Assembly: GCA_018396695.1 (NCBI GenBank)
Contig: JAGTQU010000003.1
Coordinates: 12,899 to 76,898, forward strand
From: Candidatus Bathyarchaeota archaeon
GTDB lineage: Archaea > Thermoproteota > Bathyarchaeia > TCS64
Direction of reading: 5' to 3'
Length of the DNA: 64,000 nucleotides
Shown: one piece after another, positions 18,014 to 26,330 of the stretch
Position numbering within the stretch: position 1 is the first letter of the stretch
How the letters are laid out: each line of letters begins with the position of its first letter
The notes under the pieces: generated by a model
Told to the model about the DNA's origin: nothing
Database searches by the model: none
What the model saw: only the letters and a program-made list of their open reading frames with translations
Position numbers and translations under genes: made by a program

Positions 18014-18451
18014 GTGAGATATTTATTGGTAAAAAGAAGAATCACTGGAGTTATAGAGCGATTAAAGCCTAGAGAGGTTAGTCTCCGATCGAAAACCTCT
18101 ACTTCAATAATTCTAGCAGTTCTAATATTATTTGCAGCGTTTATTGCCTCCGGAGGTTTATATGATATTTTTGATAGCCCGCCTACAGTCATAGGACTTC
18201 AGGAAGGATATTTAGCTTTTAGAGGTTATCTAAACGAACAGACACTGTTGGAAAGTATATTTTCAATGATCTTGTTGATAATAACTTTTATAGGCTTATA
18301 CTTTTCTCATCGAAGTACACAGATAATGTACGATTCTAAGCGCGCAAGATCTATGCTAGTAATGGGAATCGCGTTGACTCTCTCAGGTGTCTCAGGGAGC
18401 TTCTATATGATGAATTTGAAGTCTTACATTCTTAGACAATTCGGAATCTAA
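18014..18451 (+). CDS. OSTC/DC2-like (OST3/OST6 C-terminal type) three-TM protein
   Basis: FIASGGLYDIFDSPP...LAFRGYLNEQTLLES resembles the recalled OSTC pattern FLITGGIIYDVIVEPP...VAFLAYRVNGQYIMEG; similar length and 3-TM topology. Confidence 0.6.
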   Translation: MRYLLVKRRITGVIERLKPREVSLRSKTSTSIILAVLILFAAFIASGGLYDIFDSPPTVIGLQEGYLAFRGYLNEQTLLESIFSMILLIITFIGLYFSHRSTQIMYDSKRARSMLVMGIALTLSGVSGSFYMMNLKSYILRQFGI

Positions 18452-18499
18452 ACCGGAAAAGTTTAGAATTCTAAGTCAGTAGTAATTCTGGGGATTAAT

Positions 18500-19393
18500 T
18501 TGAAGAAGATAGGTTTCATAGGGTTAGGACTCATGGGTAGAGGGATGTCATTAAACCTTCTCAAAGCAAACTTTCCCCTTACGGTTTGGAATAGGACAAG
18601 GTCTAAGATGAAGCCCCTTTTAGACGCTGGAGCTGAAGAGGGGCTCTCTCCAAAGAACGTTGCTGAAAGGTCAGACATCATCATAGACATTGTGACTGAT
18701 TCAAGCGATGTTGAGGAAATCATTCTCGGAGATGAAGGAGTAATCCATGGTGCAAAACCTGGCGCCGTAGTCGTTGATATGAGCACAATCTCTCCTATAA
18801 CAACTAGACAAATCGCAGAGAAGCTCTCCAAAAAAGGGATTCACATGCTTGATGCCCCTGTAAGCGGAGGCGATGTTGGAGCTCGAGAAGGGACGCTCAG
18901 CATAATGGTAGGTGGAGAGTTAGATGTGTTTCAGGATTGTCTTCCAGTATTTCAGGCGATGGGTAAAACAATAGTCCATGTTGGTGGACATGGTATGGGA
19001 CAGATTGTAAAACTTTGCAACCAGATCCTTGTAGGATTGAATATGCTAGCAGTAGCAGAGGCATTCATGTTTGCATCTAAAGCTGGAGTCGATCTACAGA
19101 AAGCTTATTCTGCGATCGTCGGAGGGGCAGCAGGAAGTTGGCAGTTGACTAATAATGGAGCAAAATTACTTAAAGGAGATTTAGAGCCAGGGTTTAAAGT
19201 TAAAGATTACATTAAAGATCTTCGGCTCATCTCCGAGACTACAGCAGAGATGAAATTACCACTTCTTGGTACGAGTCTAGTCCAGCAGATGTTTAGAATC
19301 CTCGACGCTGAAGGCCTCAGAGATAAAGGGACTCAGGCAGTAATAAAAGCAGTCGAAAAGATAGCTTGTGACAGTTTTTTAAGGGCTTTATAA
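18500..19393 (+). CDS. Beta-hydroxyacid dehydrogenase (2-hydroxy-3-oxopropionate reductase / 3-hydroxyisobutyrate dehydrogenase family)
   Basis: IGFIGLGLMG, WNRT, DMSTI, DAPVSGG and KLCNQ. Confidence 0.9.
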   Translation: MKKIGFIGLGLMGRGMSLNLLKANFPLTVWNRTRSKMKPLLDAGAEEGLSPKNVAERSDIIIDIVTDSSDVEEIILGDEGVIHGAKPGAVVVDMSTISPITTRQIAEKLSKKGIHMLDAPVSGGDVGAREGTLSIMVGGELDVFQDCLPVFQAMGKTIVHVGGHGMGQIVKLCNQILVGLNMLAVAEAFMFASKAGVDLQKAYSAIVGGAAGSWQLTNNGAKLLKGDLEPGFKVKDYIKDLRLISETTAEMKLPLLGTSLVQQMFRILDAEGLRDKGTQAVIKAVEKIACDSFLRAL

Positions 19394-20113
19394 CTTTTTT
19401 CTTCTATGATATTTTAAGACACTGGTTTTAGTCCCTATGTAGGCTATATCAGCCATCTCAATAAATAATCCCGTCTCTAGAACCCCTGGTATGCGTTTAA
19501 GGGCTGCCTCTAATTCTTTAACATCACCTATCTCTCCAAAATCAGCATCTACTAGAAAGTTTCCATTATCTGTAAATAATGGTCCAAGCTTCTCCTTTAC
19601 CATTCTGATGGTTGCTTTCGCCCCCATCTTTCTTATTTTCAGTAGAACTGGTTTCGCTGAGAAAGGGTGAATCTCTAAAGGTACAGGACATCTTAATCCT
19701 AAACGGTTAGAAATTTTAGTTTCATCTAGGATGAAAATATATTTTTTGGAGGCTGAGGCAACAACCTTTTCTCTAAGCAAAGCTCCCCCTTTCCCTTTTA
19801 TAGCATCCAGGTTTTCATTCATTTGGTCAACACCGTCGATACATAAATCTAGAATAGGATGTTCATCTAGAGTTGTAAGAGGGATCCCCGCCTCTATAGC
19901 TTCATACGCTGATTGGATACTTGTTGGAACACCTAAGATATTTTTCAAACTTCCTTCTCGTAGAAGTTCACCAATCATTCGAATAGCCACCGTCGCAGTG
20001 CTTCCGCTGCCTAAACCCAGAACATAGCCGTCCTTAATATGCTCTACGGATTTTTCAGCGGCCCTTTTTTTCGCCGATTCTATAAAGCCCAAAGGATTTA
20101 CCTCAAGATTCAA
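19388..20113 (-). CDS. rpiA: Ribose-5-phosphate isomerase A
   Basis: LGLGSGST, IDGVDQ, IKGKGGALLREK, TDNGN and PGVLETGLF. Confidence 0.95.
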   Translation of the reverse strand: MNLEVNPLGFIESAKKRAAEKSVEHIKDGYVLGLGSGSTATVAIRMIGELLREGSLKNILGVPTSIQSAYEAIEAGIPLTTLDEHPILDLCIDGVDQMNENLDAIKGKGGALLREKVVASASKKYIFILDETKISNRLGLRCPVPLEIHPFSAKPVLLKIRKMGAKATIRMVKEKLGPLFTDNGNFLVDADFGEIGDVKELEAALKRIPGVLETGLFIEMADIAYIGTKTSVLKYHRRKKL

Positions 20114-20861
20114 TCTCTAGTTTTTCAAGTTCCTCTAGCTCTTTTAGAACATCTTTTCGAAGCTGCTCTAACCGTTCTTCGACATCCGACTTTGCTTTCT
20201 TCGGAGCTGCTGCTGCCTCTTCAATTACTTCTTCTTTTTCAGGTTTCTCTTCTCCAGTCTCAGCTTCCTTTTTTATCAACTTTCTCTTAGGTAGGGCTTC
20301 AGGCTTATGTTCTTCAAGCTTAAGCTCTTTTAGAATTGAATCGATCCTAGATTGAGTTTTGTTTAAAGTTGACTCATATCTCTTAACGATCTCTTCTCTC
20401 AGCGTCTCAAGCTCGTTTAACGTGATTATTAACTCGGCTTTCTTCAAGTCTTCAGAGATCTTCTTCATTTCGTCCTCGTAATCTTTCGAAAGGCGTATCC
20501 TCTCGTCTTTAGAAATCTCTCCCGCATCTTCAGCTTCGAATAATCTTTTTATAACGGCTCCTAGAAGTTCCTTTTTTAAGGTCAAAATTTTTAGATCGCT
20601 TTTCACCTTCTCTACTTCGTTAGGAGTTAAATGTCTTGGAAAATGCTCAAGTCTCTTCGCTAGGCTCTCTTCAACCTCTTTAAGCTCCTGTTGAGGTTGA
20701 ACGTTCTCAGCTTTGATCGGTTCAGCTATCGGTTTATCTAGCTCGGTTTTCGTTTCTTTATTACCTAATCCTCCACTGGCTTTAACGAATAAGTAGACTA
20801 CTGTCACTGAGACGCCTATTGCAATGAGCGTAATTATTAGATCAGAAGAGGTGATCTCCAT
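20103..20861 (-). CDS. Membrane-anchored coiled-coil protein
   Basis: Probable start at MEITSS (20861); one N-terminal TM helix followed by long charged helices; overlaps the rpiA start. Confidence 0.7.
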   Translation of the reverse strand: MEITSSDLIITLIAIGVSVTVVYLFVKASGGLGNKETKTELDKPIAEPIKAENVQPQQELKEVEESLAKRLEHFPRHLTPNEVEKVKSDLKILTLKKELLGAVIKRLFEAEDAGEISKDERIRLSKDYEDEMKKISEDLKKAELIITLNELETLREEIVKRYESTLNKTQSRIDSILKELKLEEHKPEALPKRKLIKKEAETGEEKPEKEEVIEEAAAAPKKAKSDVEERLEQLRKDVLKELEELEKLEIES

Positions 20862-21040
20862 CTTTATTTCACATCTCAATTGAATAGTACAATATTTAAG
20901 CATGAGCCTCTTAACACATCTATTTGAATTTCCAAAAATCATTTTAATTCTTTAGATAAATCCAAAAAATAAGTGATTTAGACGATAAAGCCATTATATA
21001 TTTAAACACCTGAGTCATGTTATAGAGGCTGAGTAGCTAA

Positions 21041-21553
21041 ATGCAAACCCCAAATACGCGTATACTGGCTGAGATTTCAGTGACTGTCGCGTTGTCTGTT
21101 ATCCTAAACATGATAAAAGTCTACTCTCTACCCCAAGGAGGATCAATAACCTTAGGAAGCATGATACCACTATTGCTTCTGTCTTATAGGAGAGGCGTGG
21201 GAGTGGGAGTATATGCTGGAGTGGTTTTCGGTCTAATACAAATGGTTATTGAAGGATACATCTACTATCCGCTGCAGATTATACTCGATTATCCATTAGC
21301 CTTTGGATGTCTAGGATTGGCAGGACTTTTTAAAAAACATCAAATAATAGGAACTGTGGTCGCCTTAACTGGAAGATTCTTAGCTCACTTCATTTCTGGC
21401 GTAGTATTCTTCGCAGAGTATGCTCCAAAAGAGATGGATCCGATACTCTATAGTGCCGTATATAATGGGAGCTACATCGTACCTGAGATGGTTATTAGCT
21501 GCATCGTCATCTACGCTTTGATGAAGAGAAACTTCATAAACCTAAATCCTTGA
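21041..21553 (+). CDS. thiT: Energy-coupling-factor thiamine transporter S component
   Basis: LPQGGSIT, QIILDYPLAF, HFISGVVFFAEYAP and YSAVYNGSY. Confidence 0.9.
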   Translation: MQTPNTRILAEISVTVALSVILNMIKVYSLPQGGSITLGSMIPLLLLSYRRGVGVGVYAGVVFGLIQMVIEGYIYYPLQIILDYPLAFGCLGLAGLFKKHQIIGTVVALTGRFLAHFISGVVFFAEYAPKEMDPILYSAVYNGSYIVPEMVISCIVIYALMKRNFINLNP

Positions 21554-21564
21554 ACAGTGTAGAG

Positions 21565-21662
21565 TGGAGCCCTGGGCGGGATTCGGACCCGCGATCTTCT
21601 GCTATCTGGCTCCGTTTTGGAGATACCAAGCAGACGCTTTAGCCAGGCTAAGCCACCAGGGC
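21565..21662 (-). tRNA. tRNA-Thr(GGT) with a 20-nt intron at 37/38 (21604-21623) and encoded CCA
   Basis: Acceptor stem GCCCTGG/CCAGGGC, anticodon stem TCTGC/GCAGA, loop TT-GGT-A^A, T stem GCGGG/CCCGC and U73. The intron TCTCCAAAACGGAGCCAGAT forms a bulge-helix-bulge. Confidence 0.93.
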
Positions 21663-21768
21663 TTGGTCAACTCTAAGGATATCCACCTATGATTTTAATT
21701 TTGCTTTTCTATTCGCTAACTTTGACTTATTGTTTTAAGATTATTTGTAAAAAATTTAAGATTGCATG

Positions 21769-21785
21769 TTTCAACATTGTTGAAA
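21769..21785. promoter_or_regulatory. Perfect 8-1-8 palindrome, possible transcription factor site
   Basis: TTTCAACA-T-TGTTGAAA, between tRNA-Thr and the divergent ORF at 21937. Confidence 0.4.
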
Positions 21786-21936
21786 TAGTTCGCAATAAAT
21801 TGTTTTTGTATAAAATAAACTTTTTTTCGAGTTCTTTAAAACATAATAATTAACCTCTCTGTTATGTAAAAAATCCTTATGAGAAATATATTTCTCTATT
21901 TAGTATAAAACTTTATATATTTCGAAATTTTTAATT

Positions 21937-22215
21937 TTGATAGATGTAATAATGTTCAAGATGGTTCATGGTAAGCGATCTCAAATATTTAAACTGGTAT
22001 CTTACGCTAAGGAGGAGGCTAAATTAAGGCATAAGCGGATCGAGAGGATAGATCCTTTAATTCGGTATGCGAAAAATCTATTCCCATACTATAGTGATGA
22101 GAAGATCCACCAAATCTGTAGCGTAGCATTGAGGATAATACTTTTCGAGGACAAGATTAGAAAAATTGATATTCATCAGACTACTCTCACAAGCAATATA
22201 GAATTCGGAGTTTAG
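21937..22215 (+). CDS. Small basic hypothetical protein
   Basis: 92-aa ORF with helical character; TATA-like TTTATATA upstream. Confidence 0.55.
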   Translation: MIDVIMFKMVHGKRSQIFKLVSYAKEEAKLRHKRIERIDPLIRYAKNLFPYYSDEKIHQICSVALRIILFEDKIRKIDIHQTTLTSNIEFGV

Positions 22216-22387
22216 AACCTTTAATTATCATACAATACTAGTCTTTGCGCGGATCTAAATAGTTTCTTTAAACCTTCCAATACTATCACATTATTAAAAA
22301 TTTGTTTATGCTGTATAATACACTCTTAACAGAGTTTCAGATAAAAACCAATAACGCTTTAATCTCGGTTCTACAGCAAATACTCTG

Positions 22388-22561
22388 ATGCCTCAACAAA
22401 TCCTATGCTCAGAGTGTGGTTTCAGCCTGTATGAAGGTGATGTCCTAAAATCGCCTCAAGATATAATAAAGAAATACGATGGGAAATGTCCAAATTGTAA
22501 GAAAAAACTCGTCTTCGACCATGAAACGATGCTAGTGACTTCTACAGAAGGTTTAAGCTAA
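22388..22561 (+). CDS. Small Zn-finger protein (57 aa; missing from the ORF track)
   Basis: MPQQILCSECGFSLYEGDVLKSPQDIIKKYDGKCPNCKKKLVFDHETMLVTSTEGLS has two CxxC pairs; TTTAAT lies upstream. Confidence 0.8.
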   Translation: MPQQILCSECGFSLYEGDVLKSPQDIIKKYDGKCPNCKKKLVFDHETMLVTSTEGLS

Positions 22562-22623
22562 ACATTGCTCAGCAATGGGATAATAGTTTTTAACACCTAA
22601 ACTTTAATTAAAAGTGGTAGAGG

Positions 22624-23760
22624 ATGGGACTGAAAAGAAGTCATCTTTACGAGTACCATAAAGAGCACGGCAAGATAGTCGAATTCGCAGGATTCGAGAT
22701 GCCAGTTTGGTTTGAAGGTATAATACCTGAGCATAACGCAGTACGTAACAGCGTAGGTCTCTTCGACGTAAGCCACATGGGTAGGACGATTGCGGAAGGG
22801 AAAGACGTAGAAAAGTATGTTAACTATATTATAACTAATGACGTATCCGCTCTTGAACCTATGAGTGGGCTATACACTGTAATGTGTAATTCGAAAGGAG
22901 GAATCGTAGACGATCTTACGCTTTATAAACTTGACAACGAAAGAGTTCTAATCGTATATAATGCCTCAAATAGGGAGAAGGATTTCAACTGGTTTAAAAA
23001 CCTGTTAGAAGGCTTTGATATATCCATCAGTGATGTGAGCGATGATATCGCAATGATTGCAATACAGGGTCCTAAAGCTGAAAAGACTTTACAGGAGATC
23101 GCAACCGCAAATCTCAAAGATTTGCCACGATTCAAAATAGCTGAATCCAAGATCTTGGGTTATGACTCGTTGATTGCAAGAACAGGATACACGGGAGAAG
23201 ATGGGTTCGAGGTTTTTATTCTAGATACACCTTTAAAGAACCCAATAAAGGCTATAGAAGTCTGGAATATGCTCTTAGATGTTGGGGCTGAATATGGGAT
23301 AAAGGCTTGCGGTTTAGGTGCTAGGGATAGTCTGAGACTTGAAGCTGGTTTAAGCCTTTATGGGAATGATATTGACGAGGAGATAAACCCATTCGAAGCA
23401 AAGCTGAGATGGGTTGTGAAACTTAAAAAGGCTTCAAACTTCGTTGGAAAAGATGCCTTACTTAAGATAAGTTTTGAAGGAGTGAAAAAAACCAGGGTTG
23501 GGATCACTCTAGAGGAAAGAGGGATCCCCCGGCATGGCTATGAAATCTGGGATCAGGGAAAAATAGGAGTTATCACAAGTGGGGGATACAGTCCAACACT
23601 TGACCGAGGCATCGCTCTAGGCTATGTTCCTCTAGAATATGATAAAATAGGAACCCCTGTGAAGATTAAGATAAGAGATAAATTTGTAAAGGGAAAAATA
23701 TGTAAGTCTCATCCCTTCTATGATGAGTCTGAGTATGGTTGGAAGAGGGAAATGAAATGA
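22624..23760 (+). CDS. gcvT: Glycine cleavage system aminomethyltransferase T
   Basis: EFAGFEMP, LFDVSHMG, RTGYTGEDGFE and GLGARDSLRLEAG. Confidence 0.95.
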   Translation: MGLKRSHLYEYHKEHGKIVEFAGFEMPVWFEGIIPEHNAVRNSVGLFDVSHMGRTIAEGKDVEKYVNYIITNDVSALEPMSGLYTVMCNSKGGIVDDLTLYKLDNERVLIVYNASNREKDFNWFKNLLEGFDISISDVSDDIAMIAIQGPKAEKTLQEIATANLKDLPRFKIAESKILGYDSLIARTGYTGEDGFEVFILDTPLKNPIKAIEVWNMLLDVGAEYGIKACGLGARDSLRLEAGLSLYGNDIDEEINPFEAKLRWVVKLKKASNFVGKDALLKISFEGVKKTRVGITLEERGIPRHGYEIWDQGKIGVITSGGYSPTLDRGIALGYVPLEYDKIGTPVKIKIRDKFVKGKICKSHPFYDESEYGWKREMK

Positions 23761-24164
23761 GTCAAGAGTATGAGATTCCTGAAGGGCTCCATTACACAAA
23801 GGAGCATGAGTGGGCTAAGAGTCTCGAGGATGACACTGTCCTCGTTGGAGTAACTGATTATGCTCAGAAGCAGCTCCATGAAATAGTGTATGTGGAGCTT
23901 CCTGAAATAGGTAGAGAAGTCAAGTCGTCCGATTCGATTGGAGCTGTCGAGTCAGTTAAAGCAGTTAGTGACATTTTCTCCCCCGTCGCGGGAACAGTAA
24001 TAGAAGTAAATGAAACACTAATAGACAGTCCTGAACTAATAAACGAAGACCCGTATAAGAGAGGTTGGATAGTAAGAATTAAACCTAAAGACCTTAAGGC
24101 AGATCTAGCTAAGCTCTTAGATCCAGAAGCCTATAGGAGACACTTAGTAGAGCAAAGTCATTAA
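23757..24164 (+). CDS. gcvH: Glycine cleavage system H protein
   Basis: YTKEHEW, GVTDYAQ, VESVKAVSD (lipoyl Lys) and PELINEDPY; ATGA overlap with the gcvT stop. Confidence 0.95.
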   Translation: MSQEYEIPEGLHYTKEHEWAKSLEDDTVLVGVTDYAQKQLHEIVYVELPEIGREVKSSDSIGAVESVKAVSDIFSPVAGTVIEVNETLIDSPELINEDPYKRGWIVRIKPKDLKADLAKLLDPEAYRRHLVEQSH

Positions 24165-24171
24165 TAGTCAG

Positions 24172-24254
24172 GCGGGGGTTCCCGAGTGGCCAAAGGGGTC
24201 AGGTTCAGGACCTGATGGATTAGTCCTCCGTGGGTTCGAACCCCACCCCCCGCA
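24172..24254 (+). tRNA. tRNA-Leu(CAG)
   Basis: Acceptor stem GCGGGGG/CCCCCGC, anticodon stem TCAGG/CCTGA with TT-CAG-GA loop, long variable arm, GTGGG-TTCGAAC-CCCAC T arm and A73. Confidence 0.95.
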
Positions 24255-24401
24255 CTTAATCGCAATTGAAGGTTTAAAACTGTCAACTCAGAATAAGTCG
24301 GTTAGGATGGATATTATGAGATTGTAGAATCTATACACTGAAGTCTTTTAGACAAGATTTTTCTAAGTGGTTACAATCTCTGGATTATGTGATGTGGGCA
24401 C

Positions 24402-24755
24402 ATGAAGAGCGTTTATGTTTGTGGAAGCTTCAAGTTCTTGAGCCAAATTGAAGAGTTGGAGAATATGCTTACGAAGGAAAACATCGTGTTCATGGTGTCC
24501 AAGAGTTTGGATGCTCATGGTATTTTAAGGTGTTTAGAGAGGATTGACCAAGCTGATGTTGTTTATGTAGTTAATCCTAAAGGCTATGTTGGAAAGAGCG
24601 TTAGCCTTGATATTGGATACGCGTATGCCAAAAACAAACCCATCTATGTTATGCATTCAATAGATGACCCGCCAGTAATGAGCCTAATAAAGAGTGTCTT
24701 ATCCTTCAATGAATTAATTAGGTTTCTTAAGCATGATGGCACTTTAAAAATGTGA
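24402..24755 (+). CDS. Nucleoside 2-deoxyribosyltransferase-like / DUF4406-like protein
   Basis: VYVCGS, IDQADVVYVVN and GYVGKSVSLDIGYAYAKNKPIY. Confidence 0.65.
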   Translation: MKSVYVCGSFKFLSQIEELENMLTKENIVFMVSKSLDAHGILRCLERIDQADVVYVVNPKGYVGKSVSLDIGYAYAKNKPIYVMHSIDDPPVMSLIKSVLSFNELIRFLKHDGTLKM

Positions 24756-24768
24756 GGAGAGGAGCGAC

Positions 24769-25082
24769 TCATTTAGGAGCAACTTCAAATTCTTGCCACC
24801 TTTCTATTTCCATGTCCAATTTTCTTTCAACAGCTTTCCACAAATCAACCCCACAAACTCTAGCACAAACATAAGCGGTTATCACAACATCCGCTAACTC
24901 ACCACTCACCCTCGCCCTTATTTCCTCAACATCATATTTCTCCCTTCTAAAACCTACTAGTTTGAAAACCAAGTTTATTGCTCCCCTGCTTCCTCAGCTA
25001 TCTTTGCAGCCTAAAAGATTGGATGCTTCTCTGAAGCCTTTTCGTTAAAAAGCCTAAACAAAGTTTCAAACGTATCTTCCAT
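24769..25082 (-). pseudogene. MazG-like nucleotide pyrophosphohydrolase pseudogene
   Basis: Reads MEDTFETLFRLFNEKASEKHPIF*AAKIAEEAGE, then a frameshift near 24980 into INLVFKLVG...GELADVVI...DLWKAVERKL. The EExGE/ELAD motifs are present, with one in-frame TAG and one frameshift. Confidence 0.75.
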
Positions 25083-25295
25083 TTTCTCCACTCCTTGATT
25101 TAGTAATGTAAACTTCTGTCGATAAATGCCTTCTGAAAACGTCATGTGACAGTTTTAAAAGATAGTATAAACCTAACCCCCTGCACCATACAACTTTTTT
25201 TTCTCAATCTTTCAATTAAAGGCTATTGTTAAAAATTATATACCTCCCCTTTTATTTCTTTAAGACATAAATATAAGGGACTCAGGAGACTATGG

Positions 25296-26330
25296 ATGAA
25301 ACCTGCAAAAAAATTAATGAAAGAGGAACTTGGTCAATTTGTGGATCACCTATCCAAGGAATATTTAGTTTATGGTCCTGTCGCCAGACGATCCGATTTC
25401 TCTTTTCAAGAGATAGATTCAGCTGAAGATCTTAGATTCGACTATACAACCACAACCATTCCACCAAAAAAGTTTTTTCATCATAGACAGACGCTTTTAA
25501 GATACTCTGGAGAAGACTACTCTGAGCTAGAATCAACTCTTGAGAAAAGATTTCTGCTTCTTGGTGTCCACTCATGTGACCTGAACGCTATTTTACGACA
25601 TGATAGATTATTCACTAGACAGTTTCACGATCCTTACTATCTTAAGCTGAGGAGAAACTCTGCTATAGTCGCCCTAATATGCACTCACATAGGTAACAGT
25701 TGTTTCTGCGCATCCCTCGGTACCGGTCCAACTATTAGAGAAGGGTTTGATCTACTTTTAACAGATCTCGGCAACGAATATCTTATCGAGGTAGGTTCCA
25801 GCGAAGGACAAAGAATGATTGAAGAATTGAATCTTCAAAAAGCTAATTCATCCGATCTTGAAAAGAAAGAGGAGCGGGTGAAATTAGCCTTAACCCAATT
25901 TGTCAAAAGCATGAAAATGGATGGGCTCAATCAGCTGGCTCTTAAATATCTTGATCATGAAGTATGGTCCCTAATTGGGGAGAAAGGAGGCCTAGCAGGC
26001 TGTTTTGCATGTTTATCCTGCGGCAACTGTAGTCTCGTCTGCCCTACCTGTTATTGTTTTGAAGTTGCCGATATTCCTGAGCTTTCATTGAATCAAGGAG
26101 TCCGTATACGCGAACTTGATTCTTGTCAGCTTTTAGAATACGCAGAAGTGGCTTTAGGAGGCAACTTTCGTCGAGATCGAAAAGCCCGCGTCAGACAATG
26201 GATGACATGTAAGTTCGGCGGAGCGGGAGGAGGATTCGATTCGAGTTGTGTTGGGTGCGGAAGGTGTATCAACGCATGCCCATCTCACATAGACATAACA
26301 GAAGTTGCGAAAAGTCTGCGAGGCGAATGA
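25296..26330 (+). CDS. hydB: Group 3b [NiFe]-hydrogenase beta subunit (AsrA-like Fe-S protein)
   Basis: PPKKFF, GVHSCD, CFCASLG, CLSCGNCSLVCPTCYC and CVGCGRCINACP. Confidence 0.9.
   Translation: MKPAKKLMKEELGQFVDHLSKEYLVYGPVARRSDFSFQEIDSAEDLRFDYTTTTIPPKKFFHHRQTLLRYSGEDYSELESTLEKRFLLLGVHSCDLNAILRHDRLFTRQFHDPYYLKLRRNSAIVALICTHIGNSCFCASLGTGPTIREGFDLLLTDLGNEYLIEVGSSEGQRMIEELNLQKANSSDLEKKEERVKLALTQFVKSMKMDGLNQLALKYLDHEVWSLIGEKGGLAGCFACLSCGNCSLVCPTCYCFEVADIPELSLNQGVRIRELDSCQLLEYAEVALGGNFRRDRKARVRQWMTCKFGGAGGGFDSSCVGCGRCINACPSHIDITEVAKSLRGE

Larger units (their letters stand above)
24255..25188. mobile_element. Decayed tRNA-Leu-integrated islet
   Basis: Bounded by the tRNA 3' end and a degenerate copy at 25170-25188 (AACCTAACCCCCTGCAC versus AACCCCACCCCCCGCAC, 14/17), which ends in CCA and is followed by a T-run. 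Contains an NDT-like gene and a MazG-like pseudogene; no integrase. Confidence 0.55.

Noticed and set aside
20942..21040. TPP riboswitch upstream of thiT (contains CTGAG twice)
   Set aside because: No CUGAGA/P4-P5 architecture or pairing stems; the leader is short and AT-rich.
25011..25013. TAG recoding (pyrrolysine) suggested by in-frame ambers in the MazG-like gene and at the topA junction
   Set aside because: Many intact genes end at TAG at their expected C-termini (fen, hydA, hbd, nucS), the MazG-like gene also has a frameshift, and no pyl genes are seen.
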